From positions 64,294,001 to 64,358,000 of the forward strand of contig NW_027361728.1 in NCBI RefSeq assembly GCF_039654945.1: a stretch of DNA of 64,000 nt, read 5' to 3'. Shown here in pieces: positions 26,161 to 38,393 of this stretch. The position numbers and the translations under genes are program-made. This DNA comes from Dendrobates tinctorius (taxonomy: Eukaryota). Within the stretch, counting starts at the first letter, position 1. Every line of letters starts with the position of its first letter. The notes beneath the pieces are model-generated. The model worked only from the letters and a program-made list of their open reading frames with translations, had not been told where the DNA came from and ran no database searches.

Positions 26161-27942
26161 ATGTCCTGTACAATTAATGTTGACATGCTGTTGGTGCTAG
26201 TACAAGAGAGGCCTGAACTGTGGGATTCATGAGACCCCCAACTATCAAAACCGAAATCTAAGCGACGCATTGTGGACATACAGTGTATATTTTGGCAATT
26301 GTTTCTGAATTATGCCAAAAGTGCACCAGAGGTGCAGCTGGGAAGGAGTAATGTTGAATATTTTTTTTCCTATATGTAGAAGCTGTTTTATTAAAAGAGC
26401 CTTGTTTTAGTGAACATTTATATTTAACCCAGAAAGCAAGTTCCTTTTGCAACTTTTAAAGTGCCACTCTTTTTTTAACTGTACTAGAAAATGTTTATTC
26501 TTTACACCCATACAAAAATTCTTACAAAAACACCCTTGTGTCATGTGTTGGGTCGTACACATGTACATATGAGTTTTTTCACTCTCTACTTGTTCCCATA
26601 CTGTTTGCTTACCAGCCTCATTTGCCATTCTGCCCTTTTTTAATACCTTGCTGTTTGACTGTTGAATGCAAGCTATTGGTAACATTGTTTTACCATCCAC
26701 CTTTTAGTACTTGCCATATTTTATCATTCAATCTTAGCTTGCTGGCAGGATACTCTTTCCTAATTGTTTCTTAATTTAACATTGCTATTCTGTGATGTAT
26801 TGTCTGGCCAAGTGTTCCCTACAATGTAATTTCTTTTTGTATTTTTTTGTTGTTTTTTTTTTTTTAATATGTCCCACCTTTTTTATTTTTTTGTTTTAAT
26901 GAATGATGTGCAACGCAGATGGTGAAGCTGTCGGGATCAGTACAGGAGGGAGCCGCAGAATCGCCAGAAAAGTGGTTCAGGAATTGGGAAAAAAAGGTCA
27001 TATATAGCTGAATTTTTTTGGCACCAGTCATGGATTTAAGACTGTAAGAACATTGTGTTTTGTCAAACTGTCCTTAGTTTAAATCAATTTGCACATACAT
27101 TTTGCAATATGTGTCTGCATTATAGAACAGAATCTAGCTTACCGGAAGCTGACCAAGCCTCTGAGGCGGAGCCTGCCCAGTCCCAAAATGAAGGACCAGT
27201 AACAGCAGACGAGAATGCTACTCGCCCATCTGCAGAGGAGGAGCTTATTCCTGCATCCCAAGCTCAACTTCCGACTGATCAAGAGGAGCATGCAAGAAGC
27301 AGCAGCCAAACCCTGGCCCTTGAAATCTCCCCCCAAGCGATTGTAATTCCGCGTCGATTAAGAAGAAGGTGAGAGCACCAAAGTGTAGCCATCTGACGTC
27401 AGGTTGACATTTGCGTGCTTGACTACATTTCACACACAATATCTGACGATGGTGAGGAAGCATTTGGCCAATGTTTGGCGCAGCACCTAGGGCTAATTCC
27501 TCAGCAATTATGGCTGCCTACTAAAGCTGCCATATTGCACCTTAATAATGCTGCCATCCCGCCAAATAACCCACAACCCATCTTTGCATGTATAGAAAGA
27601 AGGGCTCAAACACAAAATCTTTCACAAATATCAGCCAGCACTGTTTTCACACCAGCACCATTATCACCAGCCTCCATACATTCTCCTTCATCCACTGATC
27701 AACAGACTGAGACAGTCCACAGTGAAAACATTGTTCAACATATTAACAGAAGTCATCCCACAAACACTGAGCATCCGCATCCCCATGAACCTCATCAAGT
27801 CCATGGCCACCACACATCGATGCATCAACATACTTGCCCACAAATGAATTCATCATCTGCTCCATCCTATTTTTATACTGATTGGTACCACCTTGGGCCA
27901 CAAACAAGCTTTTCAGATGTTTATGGCCATGGTGAAGGTTAG
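26161..27942 (+). pseudogene. Harbinger MADF (Myb/SANT-like) plus BESS-like gene, three exons (~26161-26347, ~26918-27043, ~27126-27942)
   Basis: INVDMLLVLVQERPELWD; RW*SCRDQYRRE; LNFLAPVMDLR|TESSL joined over a GT-AG intron; DDGEEAFGQCLAQHL. Confidence 0.8.
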
Positions 27943-29709
27943 CATTAAGGAGCACAATAGCAAGGGCCTTTTGTCCATCGCAGACCAAGACTATCTTAGC
28001 ATTCTGAAAATGCTCCTGGTTGGGCACATGGACTACCTGAAGCCTATAGTCACAGTCAGGAAGCCATCAACCCACCTCATATCCACATATCCACACCCAA
28101 GCACACAATGTCCCTTTGCCTCCAACCACACAGCAACCCTCCAAAACCCAAACCTCACACAAACCAACCTCACCCTCCACATCCCAACATTCTTTTTTGG
28201 ATTTGTAATGTTTGGTATTGCTTTAATACCACAAGCATTGCCAACTTTGGCTAGTTCTTAGTTATGCCAAAATAAAGGCTGCTTGTGTTTGTTTGTTACT
28301 CAAATAAAAATTAAAGTTTGTTTGTTCAGCAATATATGTGTTTATTTTTAACAAAAATGTTAGGGCATTGTGGCCAAAAATTAAAAAAAATAGTATGATT
28401 ATTTTAATAAACATAATCAATACACAATAAATAAAAAAAATCATGGGACAACATTTCCTTGCCAGGGTATGGCTCCCTCAGGGGTTACAAAATAATTAGC
28501 AAAAAGTTCACGAACTCTGAGGCCTGAGTGCTGTCTGCCTCTGGGCAAAACCTGTGCAATTTGTCCCTGATCGTTAGGTAATCTTCCAATGCCATCCTTA
28601 GACACAGGAAATCATGTTGACGTGTAAAATTATGCAAGATTACACAGGCCTTGATTACATTGTTAACATTTTGTTTGCTTAACTGGAGGGCACAGAGCGA
28701 TACCCTACATTTTGCGGTCAAGATGCCAAAGGCACATTCAACAAGACGCCGTGCCCGAGTAAGTCGGTAATTAAATATGCAGACCCCGTCGAGGATAAGA
28801 CCTCATTACATATTGCATCAGTTGAAAAGCCTCATCAGCCACTATCACATAGGGCATTGGTTGACCACTGGAAGAAGGAAGAAAGAATCCTTGGGGGTGG
28901 CACACCCATTTGATTGTCCTTCAGCCGCCGACCCATAAAGGTAGAATTGAAGATTTGAGAATCTCCAGTTCTTCCATAGGCCCTTATATCTACAAAATTG
29001 TATTTCCTATCTACTAAGGCCAACAATACAATGGAAAAAAAATCCCTTATAATTGTAGTATAGGAACCCTGAGTTCGGCGGCTTCTTGACCCGGATGTGC
29101 TTCCCATCTAAAGCGCCAGAGAATTGGGAAACTGGCAAGTCTCATAAATCCCATTATTAATGCGTTCCCAGTGTTCGGGTGTTGGCTCTGGCATCACTTT
29201 CTCCTTGAGGCAATCTCATATTTGTGAACAGTTCTGCTTCACAATATTGGAGATGGTAGTTCGGCCAAGAAGAAACTCTAAATGGAGGGCAGCATACGAT
29301 TCTCCCATAGCCAGAAACCTAAAAATGGATAGACAGTTACAAATTAAGGTAAGGTTTACATTGATGTATATCAGACATGGCCAAAGTTTTGCCTGTGGGC
29401 CACATCTAGCCCTATGGCTGTCTCAGCCCGGCCCGCAGACAGAGACAGCCGTGGGACTGGAAACCAGAGGTCCCCAGGCCACACCACGCCGACCCGCTCG
29501 CTGTCTCCATCTTCGCTGACTGCGTTGGTTGAGGAGGGGACTCCGGCCACTTCCTACCCCAATCAGTGCGTGAAACAGCTGACACAATGATGTATTTTCA
29601 TCGCCTCAGCTGTGTACTGCGGAGAGTCAGCGCACCAGAGACATCAAGACAGGAGCAGAACACTGGGGAGTGGAATCAAGGGTACTATGTGCTGTTATGT
29701 TTTAACATA

Positions 29710-30227
29710 CAGCTCTGGCAAAAATTAAGAGACCACCACATCAAAACCCTGTCATGGGCAGTTCATTCTCCAGACCTGAACCTCATAAATCAAGAGGATG
29801 AGGGATAGTCACAAGCCATCAAACAATGAAAAGCTGCTTAAACTTTTGTGCCAGAAGCAGTGTGAAAGATTGGTGGCAATCATGCCAAGACGCATGAAAG
29901 CTCTTTTTAAAAATCACGGTTATTCCACAAAATATTGATTTCTGAACTCTTCCTGAGTTAAAACATTAGTATTGTTGTTTCTAAATGATTATGAACTTGT
30001 TTTCGTTGCATTATTTGAGGTCTGAAAGCACTGTTTTTTTAATTTTGACCCTGTCTCCTTTTCAGAAAAAAAAAACCAAAATTTATTGCTTGGAAATTCG
30101 GAGACATGTTGTCAGAAGTTTGCAGACTAAAAGAACAATTTACATTTTACTCAAAAATATACCTATAAAGAGAAAAATCAGACAAACTGAACATTTGGAA
30201 GTGGTCTCTTAATTTTTGCCAGAGCTG
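29710..30227 (+). mobile_element. Internally deleted Tc1 element
   Basis: TIR cagctctggcaaaaattaagagaccac at both ends; TA TSD; SPDLN remnant. Confidence 0.9.
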
Positions 30228-30468
30228 TATGTATGGGATGTTTGGGTGGGCATGGGGAGGCTATGGGTGTGACATGCAGCACATGGGTAGACTGTAGGGC
30301 TCATGCAGTATACATAGTGAGTGGCTGTACACTGGTTCCAAAGCTATAGCCGAATGTCAGCATACTTAATTCTGCTCAATATTAATTGATACAATAAATA
30401 TTCTTAACAAAAATATTATAATAATATATTGATATTAACATTGAGTGAAATTAATTTCAGCCTATTGG

Positions 30469-31120
30469 TGTCACGGAGCAGTAGGGAAAAAAGCAGGAGA
30501 CGTGGAACCTGGGCCCCTGAACTGCCCCTCAGGCTAAGGGGGTGCCCTGACTCTCCTTAACTTGGGGGTACACTTGAAGGTAGTGAGGCCCAAGTCCCGA
30601 CCTGTCCCTATCTCCTGTTTAGCCCTGAGCTAAACCACCAACCCCCTCCCCAGGAGGTGAGACAGGGAATAAAGTGAACTGCACCCAATAACACACAAAG
30701 GAAAATAAAACAGACACCACGGGGTTAAAGCAACTAAAACCCAAAACTTAGCTTTGCTCTGCTAAACTCCAAGCAACAGAGAAAGGATCCGAACAGCATC
30801 CAGCAGCAACTCCACTGCTCCAGACAAGCTGAACCCCCTCTCCACCAGGCAGGTCCAGTCTTCACCAAGGTTGGTTAGAAAATGAACAATATTACCAACA
30901 GTGATTTACTGCACATGACGACCTTTTATAGGAAGGAGGGGGAGTAGTCATCACCTGTTGGTTAATTCACACGTGTAGTAATCCCAGCGGCCACCTGGGG
31001 CAAAACCAGCACCAAAAACAACTACAGTTGTAGTAAACACCAGCGGCCACCGGGGGAAAAAGGAAACAGGTTTCTATAAGAATCCACAATCTGCCACGGC
31101 TCCAAAAATGGACCGTGACA
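30469..31120 (-). mobile_element. Solo LTR related to the LTRs of 34547-37694
   Basis: TGTCACG...CGTGACA; TSD ATTGG; reverse-complement similarity to 34547-35129. Confidence 0.92.
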
Positions 31121-31926
31121 ATTGGTTTGGCCATCCACAACAGTCACGGTGTCTCATGTGGCACCTTGGGATATTTAATTGGCCACACCTGATGTAGAGG
31201 AATGGCAAACTTTCTAATTAAATTTGTGATAAGAATTATCACAAACAATATTAGCATAGTACATAAAACAATGTTAATTTGCTATGTTCAATATATACAT
31301 TAATATGTTTCACATATGTGATTAAAAAAAAATTACCTCAAGGTTAACAGAAGCCGTTCTTCCACTGAAATGCATCTGCGAATATGTGTCATTTGAAAAG
31401 TGATGGCTGGACGAAGTTCAGCCAGTAGAATGTCAAATGTCTCAAGTGACATCCTCGTGTATGCAAAAAAATTAGTTGCGATGCATCCGTAGATCTCCAT
31501 ACAGTCGCACAAAATGCCCTTTTATAGGACGCTGGTTGAGGAGTGGAAGCACCCAAAATCTACACCGCCAACAACAGGGGAATATCCCACACCATACTCC
31601 TGGGATAACACCCAGTTGCCGAGGAGCTCCACAGTAGGATCAAGACTCAGATTAGTAGCAGCCATGCTTGGTGGTAATGCCAAAAGACACCAAAAAAATC
31701 TGAGCAATCAATCACACATGTTGGTAAATGGCTTTATATAGAGCTAGCACAAATGAATTCTGATTGTGCCTTCTATCTCCGTAAAAAACTCATTGCATAC
31801 GAATGTCATATGGATTTTGCATTTAAAAATCGCATTATACTCGCATGACACTCGCATAGCACTCATTTGTTTTATCGGTCTGGAAATCGGACCGTTTTTT
31901 TTCTCGCAAATTGGTATGAGCCCTAA

Positions 31927-32188
31927 GGCTACATTCCTGTATCTGGGTGAAGCATGTTTGTGCTGCCTGATTTCTTTCTCCTCAGCACACAGACTTATTG
32001 AATATGTCATATTCTGATCCTCAAAATCGGATCAGAAATGGTCATGCTCTGAGTGTCACAGATCTCATTCTCGGAGCCGTGATTGTCATTAATATTTGAA
32101 TGGATCTATGTAACTCTGAGTCTGTATGCAGTATGATAAAAAAATATGATAGCACACAAACATACGATGCAAATGTCTGAATGTAGTC
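31927..32188. mobile_element. Harbinger-type MITE abutting the Harbinger terminus
   Basis: ggctacattc...gaatgtagtc with TAA on both sides. Confidence 0.7.
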
Positions 32189-32337
32189 TAAGGGAGGTTG
32201 TTCTACAAACAACAGAATTACTCCCAGTCACACAGTACAGATAAAGAATAATACTTACATCCATTGACTGCTGACGTTTTTTGTCTGATTAAAGCCATTT
32301 TCTATTGTTTATTCTCCATCTGGTCAGACCTTCTTGC

Positions 32338-32761
32338 CATAGAATCATAGAATGTTAGAGTTGGAAGGGACCTCAAGGGTCATCGTGTCCAACCCACTGC
32401 TAAATACAGGATAAACTAAACCATCTCAGACTGATGTCTGTCCAGCCTCTGTTTGAAGACTTTCATTGACGGAGAACTCACCACCTCTTGTGGCAGCCTG
32501 TTCCACTCATTGATCACCCTCACTGTCAAAAAGCTTTCTAATATCTTATTTGTATCTTCTCCATTTCAGGTTAATTTGATTGCTTCTCGTGTTTCCATGT
32601 GCAAATGAGAATAAGGATGATTCCTCTACACTGTGACATCCCTTCAGATATTGGTAGACAGTTATTAAGTCTCCTCTTAGTCTTCTTTTTTGCAAGCTCA
32701 ACATTCCCAGATTCTTTATTCATTCCTCATAGGACATACTCTGCAGTCGGTCACCATCCTG
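32338..32761 (-). mobile_element. CR1 LINE 3' fragment
   Basis: (catagaat)n tail and gttggaagggacctcaagggtcatc, the CR1 3' UTR in reverse. Confidence 0.85.
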
Positions 32762-33399
32762 TCAACATCTCCCAGCCACGACTCACCTTGTCATGATGAG
32801 TACCGCAGCACTTAAGATAACAAGGTCCTATATATTGCATCTACTGAATAACAAAAAAAACCCGCACTGCGCTCCTGAATACAAGTAGGTGCCCCACCAT
32901 AAATATACTAACTATGCACCACTCAAAATATAAATGCATAAGCCAGCGCTGTGCACCCCATTAACTAACATTTTCACTCTCCTATATAAATCAGATGTAT
33001 GATTGGAGGAAGCTGAAGAGGGGGAGAGAGAAAACAAGATAGCCCCACCTAAGCGCAGTAAAAAAAACTTTAAAATGACAATGGTGATGCGTATGTATAT
33101 GCTCACCTGTAGGGTTTGTGCAGACTAGGTACAACTCTAACAATGATTTTGTTGGTGTTGGATTCCAACTTCGTGGCTTGCTGACCATCCGAATAGGACG
33201 GAGAAGTGTTAGTCCTGTTCCATTCACTGCTCCAAATGGAAATACGGTATTTGCTTAAAATACCAAGGAAATGTGTCATCTTTAACTTTAAGCCTTTTAA
33301 AGGTAATTTCACCTTCAACTTGCTTAATTGTTCAAAATAACAGTAATTTTGACCAGGGGAGTCCAAGCTTTTAAATGTCATTGTCTAGTGATAAGTGGA

Positions 33400-34185
33400 G
33401 GGAAATGGTGACAAGAGGCTTATAGTGAACAGTGGTTGGGATGGTGACAAGAGGCTTGAAGCGGGCAGAGAGGGGATGGCGATAAGAGGCTTAGAGTGCA
33501 CAGTGTGGGGAGTGATGGTGACAAGAGGCTTATAGCAAATAGTGGGATTGAGATGACAAGGCTTAAGGGGGTTTTACACATAGCGATATCGCTATAACGT
33601 CACCGATTTTGTGATGTTATAGCGATATCGCTAGCAATATCGCTATGTGTGATACTTACCTCTGACCGGCTCCCCCGCTGGTTATCGCTGATCGCGCGAG
33701 AATGTCCGGCTCCATTTCTCGTCGTCGGCTTCCTGCTGTGACGACGAGCGACGCTGGCGGGAGGACGTCAGGATCGCTGTGTGTGAAAGGTGAGGATCGT
33801 GCGCTGTGTCGCTGCTGCATCGCTGTGAGATCTTTCTGTGTGAAAGCTCACTAGCGATCATTTAGCGATGCACCAGCGATCCTGACCGGGTCGGATCGCT
33901 GGTGCATCGCTAAATGTAAAAGGGCCTTTATAGCGAACAGTAGGGATTGGTGACAAGAGGCTTACAGTGAACAGTGGGGGGTGTTGAGATGACAAGAGGC
34001 TTACAGTGAACAGCAGTGAGGATGGTGACAAGAGGCTTATAGTGAGCAGTGGGGGGAATTGTGACAAGAGGCTTACAGTGAACAGTGGGGTAGATAGTGA
34101 CAAGAGGCTTATAGTGAACAATGGCGGGATGGTGGCGAGGTGTATAGTGACAGTAGGGGCAGAGATGGTGACAAGACGCTTACAT
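33400..34185. repeat. ~34-bp minisatellite (ggtgacaagaggcttatagtgaacagtgg) interrupted by a MITE
   Basis: Direct inspection; an inverted counterpart lies at 42520-43600. Confidence 0.8.
33566..33927. mobile_element. Harbinger-type MITE, same family as 20357-20751
   Basis: TIRs, TTA TSD and colinear similarity. Confidence 0.9.
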
Positions 34186-35163
34186 TTGCCAGAGCTGTAT
34201 AGTGGAAAAAGATTTTTTTGGAGGCGCTTCCCTCTAGTAGCTGGAATCCCAAAAAGACCTTGATTCTGGAGCAACCTCCAGGTGGTGTTCCGGAGTAACA
34301 ATATTACACTTGCGAGTTTACAATTATATTTATTCTAAAATTATTTTTTTAACATAAAAAACTGCTGGGGCGGCGCATGCGCAGATGGAGATCTTAGCAC
34401 CAAGATCTCAGGAGATGAGATCTAAGGTTATTCTTTTGTAAACTTAGCCAGATCTGTGCCTTGCCCAAATTCTGACTCTGAGCTCTGTGCCAGTTCCTTT
34501 GACCTCATGATTCTCATTTGGTCTGACATGCACTGTGAGCTGTGAGTGTCATGATCCATTTTTTAGATCTGTCAGATCTGGATCTCCTCTTATCTATACC
34601 TTTTTTCCTTTTTGGTCATTGGGATTAATGAGTTTTTGCCCCCCGGTGGCCACCGGGGTTACTGCATGGAAACGGCATGTGTTTAATTATTTATGCAGGT
34701 GCTGACTTCCCCCTCCTTCCTATAAAAGGAGTGCAGGTGCTGGAGATCAGGGTTGGTTATACACTTGCTCTTGGGAGACCAAGCAAGCTGGAGTTCAGGA
34801 GCTGAGTTCTGTGGTGCTTCAGTTATTTGCTGCTGTCAAGGAGCATTGCAGCAGAGCAAGCTAAGTTTTATTTTATTTTTACCTTGTCTGTTGTATCTTT
34901 CCTTTGGGTTTTTTGTGTAGTACACTTTTTACCAGTCTCACCTCCTGGGGAGGGGGTTGGGGGTTTAGCTCAGGGCTAAACAGGAGACAGTGTCAGATCG
35001 GGGACTTGGGCCTCACTACCTTAAAGTGTACCCCCAAGTTAAGGAAAGACAGGGCAACCCCTTAGCCTGAGGGGCAGTTCAGGGGCCCCGGTTCCACATC
35101 ACCTGTCTACCCCTCAGTGCCCCGTAACATTATAACCAACCCTCTCATTTTGCCTGCTGAGCC

Positions 35164-36118
35164 ATGTCCCAAATGCAGGCCTTCGCCCAAATGCTACAGT
35201 CTCTCACCGATGAGTTTAAGTTGTTGCGAGGTGAGATGGTGCAAAAACTGCAGCAGTTGGTGGGGACCTGGGCCTCAGCTCAGGTACAGGCCCAACCAGA
35301 ACCTAAGATCTCTCTCCCGGACAAGTTTTCTGGTGGGAGAGACAAGTTTATGGTGTTTCAGGAGGCCTGTAAATTATATTTTATGGTTCACCCATCGTTC
35401 TTCAGGGAGTGAAGAACAGCGCATGGGAATTATTGTCTCCCTGCTTAGCGGTGATCCCCAGGCCTGGGCTTTCTCCCTGCCAACCGGCTCACCATCTTTA
35501 CGGTCAGTAGATGGGTTTTTTACTGCTCTGGCACTGGTGTATGGCGATCCTGATGGCGTCTCCCTGGCAGAATCCCAACTCCGTAAGATCAAGCAGGGAG
35601 GCCGGCTTGTTGAGGAGTACTGCTCAGAGTTCAGGAGATGGGCCACTGACACGCAGTGGAATGACCCTGCACTGAGGAGTCAATTTGTACAGGGTCTGTC
35701 TCCGAAGTTGCAGGATACTATGGTGCAGTACACCGCCCCCAGGTCGCTGGAGGCCGCCATGTCCCTTGCCATTCGGGTGGATAAACTCCTCAGGGAGAGT
35801 CATACACCATATGTGCCCCCTATAGTCTTTGCTAGGGAGGAGGACTCATCTGGACAATCGGAGGAACCCATGCAGCTTGGAGTAGTAGTTTCCAAGAAGG
35901 GGTTGCCTGCGGTTCGCCGAGGTGTGGGGGCATGTTTTTACTGTGGGCAGACTGGCCATTTTATAGGAGACTGCCCAGTGCGCGCCAAATCTTCCGTATC
36001 ACCAAAGAAGCAGCCCCCCCGGTCGTGTGAAGGGAGACAACCAGGGAGCGTATATTTCCTCCATTTCTTCCCCTCAGTGTACCCTATCGGCAGAGGTTAC
36101 GGTGGGTGGGGAAACTGA
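35164..36118 (+). pseudogene. gag: Sushi/PEG10-like gag, one frameshift near 35390
   Basis: PEPKISLPDKFSG; QGGRLVEEYCSEFRR; WNDPALRSQF; EEPMQLG; CFYCGQTGHFIGDC. Confidence 0.9.
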
Positions 36119-36956
36119 AGGCCTTCCGGTACTTGTGGACAGTGGAGCTGGAGTCAACCTGGTGGATGCCCACTTTGTCGAGACCCATGGCCTCAGGTGT
36201 AGGATGCTAGACAAACCCTTAAGCGTCCAGGCCATTGACTCAGTCCCAATAAGCCAGGGGAGCCTTACCCAAGTAGTGGACAATATACATCTTCGTATAG
36301 GGACTCATCATGAGGAGTCCCTGTCATGCTACGTCTTGGGCGGAATACCATCACCCATCGTGCTAGGCCTCCCTTGGTTAAAGAAACACAACCCGGTGAT
36401 AAATTGGTGCTCTGGGGAAGTTGTCAGCTGGGGGCGGTCATGTGAGGGTTGCTGCCCAGGGGCAACTGTCTCCACCGTCCTGCTACAGCCGTTCCCTTCT
36501 CCCTCAGTGGAGGCAGCAGAGGTACTGCCCCGGAGTAGGGACAAGTCTCAACCCTCACCAGTAGCCAACCCTGGTAGTCGGAGTCCTCGTAGGAGGGGTC
36601 AGCGGAGGGTGGTGGTTTCCGCTGAAAATCGTGGCGGTGTGAGTGTGGTGACACAGGGGGACGCCTCTGTTGTCAATCCATCAAAGAGTTCACCGTTTTG
36701 TGGCAGACGCGTGAGTGGTATTAAACGTTCAGGTCCGGACCTGTCTGTGAACGTGTTCTTATGGATGTCCACCAATCACATCCGGTGGAAGTGTGCTGCT
36801 GGATTCTGGAACTCTCGAGTTATCGGTCCTTATCGGGTGTCTGCCATTCTCGGCCCAGCGACCTACCAGCTGGAGTTACCCTCTGTCATGCCCATACACA
36901 ATTCGTTCCCCAGGTCAGCGCTCTGGAGATGTGTCGCCTCTGGAACATCTACATAA
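36027..36956 (+). CDS. Aspartic protease fused in frame via a spacer to an integrase GPY/F stub
   Basis: LVDSGA; IVLGLPWLKKHNPVINW; IGPYRV...YQLELP...IHNSF. Confidence 0.8.
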   Translation: MKGDNQGAYISSISSPQCTLSAEVTVGGETEGLPVLVDSGAGVNLVDAHFVETHGLRCRMLDKPLSVQAIDSVPISQGSLTQVVDNIHLRIGTHHEESLSCYVLGGIPSPIVLGLPWLKKHNPVINWCSGEVVSWGRSCEGCCPGATVSTVLLQPFPSPSVEAAEVLPRSRDKSQPSPVANPGSRSPRRRGQRRVVVSAENRGGVSVVTQGDASVVNPSKSSPFCGRRVSGIKRSGPDLSVNVFLWMSTNHIRWKCAAGFWNSRVIGPYRVSAILGPATYQLELPSVMPIHNSFPRSALWRCVASGTST

Positions 36957-38393
36957 CCGCATTTGCCATGAACCTGTGAGTCAGGTGTTTACTTAGGTGA
37001 ACTAAACTGTGTCAGGCGTCCTCATCATAGGTGTTTTTGGTGAAACGCTTTCTTGAGGGTCCAGAGGCCCCTCTTTGAGGGAGGGGTACTGTCATGATCC
37101 ATTTTTTGGATCTGTCAGATCTGGATCTCCTCTTATCTATACCTTTTTTCCTTTTTGGTCATCGGGGTTAATATGAGTTTTTGCCCCCGGTAGCCACCGG
37201 GTTTACTGCATGGAAACTGCATGTGTTTAATTATTTATGCAGGTGCTGACTTTCCCCCTCCTTCCTATAAAAGGAGTGCAGGTGCTGGAGATCAGGGTTG
37301 GTTATACACCTGCTCTTGGGAGACCAACCAAACTGGAGTTCAGGAGCTGAGTTCTGTGGTGCTTCAGTTGTTTGCTGTTGTCAAGTGGCTATCTCTGCTG
37401 TCAAGAAGCATTGCAGCAGAGCAAGCTAAGTTTTATTTTATTTTTACCCTGTCTGTTGTATCTTTCCTTTGGGTTTTTTGTGTAGTACACATTTTACCAG
37501 TCTCACCTCCTGGGGAGGGGGTTGGGGGTTTAGCTCAGGGCTAAACAGGAGACAGGGACAGGTCGGGGACTTGGGCCTCACTACCTTTAAGTGTACCCCC
37601 AAGTTAAGTAAAGACAGGGCAACCCCTTAGCCTGAGGGGCAGTTCAGGGGCCTCAGTTCCACATCACCTGTCTACCCCTCAGTGCCCTGTGACAGTGAGG
37701 TCTTATATAGACAGGTGTTTGCCTTTACAGATCAAGTCCTATCAGTTTGCTTAAATGCAGCTGGACTCCAATGAAGTAGAACCATCTCAAGGAGGATGAC
37801 AAGGAAATGGACAGCATCAAAGGCGTAATTATAGCGGTCGCAGACTGGGCCCGACTGCTTAGGGGGCCCGTCCGTCCACCAATAGTGAAGGAGAAGGAAG
37901 ACATCACCGTACCATGTGACCCGCAGCAGGAAGGCCTCACCGCAGGTCCTGGGGGAAGATGGATTGAATGAATGCAGTCACCAGGTCGCGTGATCCAGAG
38001 AGAGGCGTGTCCACAGGTCCTTCAGCCTTGAGTGTGTGAGCTGCAAGCTGTTGCTGCATCCTCCTTCTGCTGGCCAAGGGTGAGGTGGGGTCCCTCAAAT
38101 TTGCAAGTGTCCTGTGTGACTGCTGCGTCCTCCTGCTGCTGGCTGTCCGACTCCCACAGATCTGCACCTGTCTCTATCTTGCTCTATAGTGCACACTGCA
38201 CGGGTCTCTCTCTATTATATGGCTCTATAGTGCACACTGCACAGATCTCTCTCTATATGGCTTTATAGTGCATAGTGAAGTGCACAGGTCTCTCTCTATA
38301 CGGCTCTATAGTGCACAGTGAAGTGCACAGGTCTCTCATGATATGGCGCTATAGTACACAGTGAAGTGCACAGGTCTCTATATCGCTCTATAG

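Larger units (their letters stand above)
29372..31191. mobile_element. hAT-like MITE in the transposase intron, hosting a Tc1 derivative and a solo LTR
   Basis: cagacatggccaa...ttggccacacctg ends; imperfect 8-bp flanks atgtatat/atgtagag. Confidence 0.55.
28440..31720 (-). pseudogene. Harbinger DDE transposase (HARBI1/ALP1-like), two exons (~31720-31337 and 29318-~28440)
   Basis: FFAYTRMS...ISVEERLLLTLR|FLAMGESY joined over a GT-AG intron; [10 protein letters not shown]; YGRTGDS; ECAFGILTAK; KACVILHNF. Confidence 0.9.
26161..31923. mobile_element. Decayed two-gene PIF/Harbinger DNA transposon; left TIR not identified
   Basis: Convergent MADF gene and DDE transposase; right terminus ...ttggtatgagccc followed by TAA. 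Confidence 0.85.
34547..37694 (+). mobile_element. Non-autonomous Tf1/Sushi-like LTR element: gag, protease and IN C-terminal stub, no RT or RNase H
   Basis: LTRs 34547-35129 and 37090-37694; TSD GTGAG; PPT gagggaggggtac. Confidence 0.95.

Noticed and set aside
32255-32340. Minus-strand ATG exon with a GTAAGT donor (MARRSDQMENK...)
   Set aside because: The ATG is created by the CR1 tail junction, and the sequence looks like a dispersed repeat continuing beyond the CR1.
32830-33260. Minus-strand exon ending in cag|GTGAGC
   Set aside because: No acceptor or protein match. The downstream sequence resembles Penelope pLTR tails, and no hammerhead core is visible to confirm that either.
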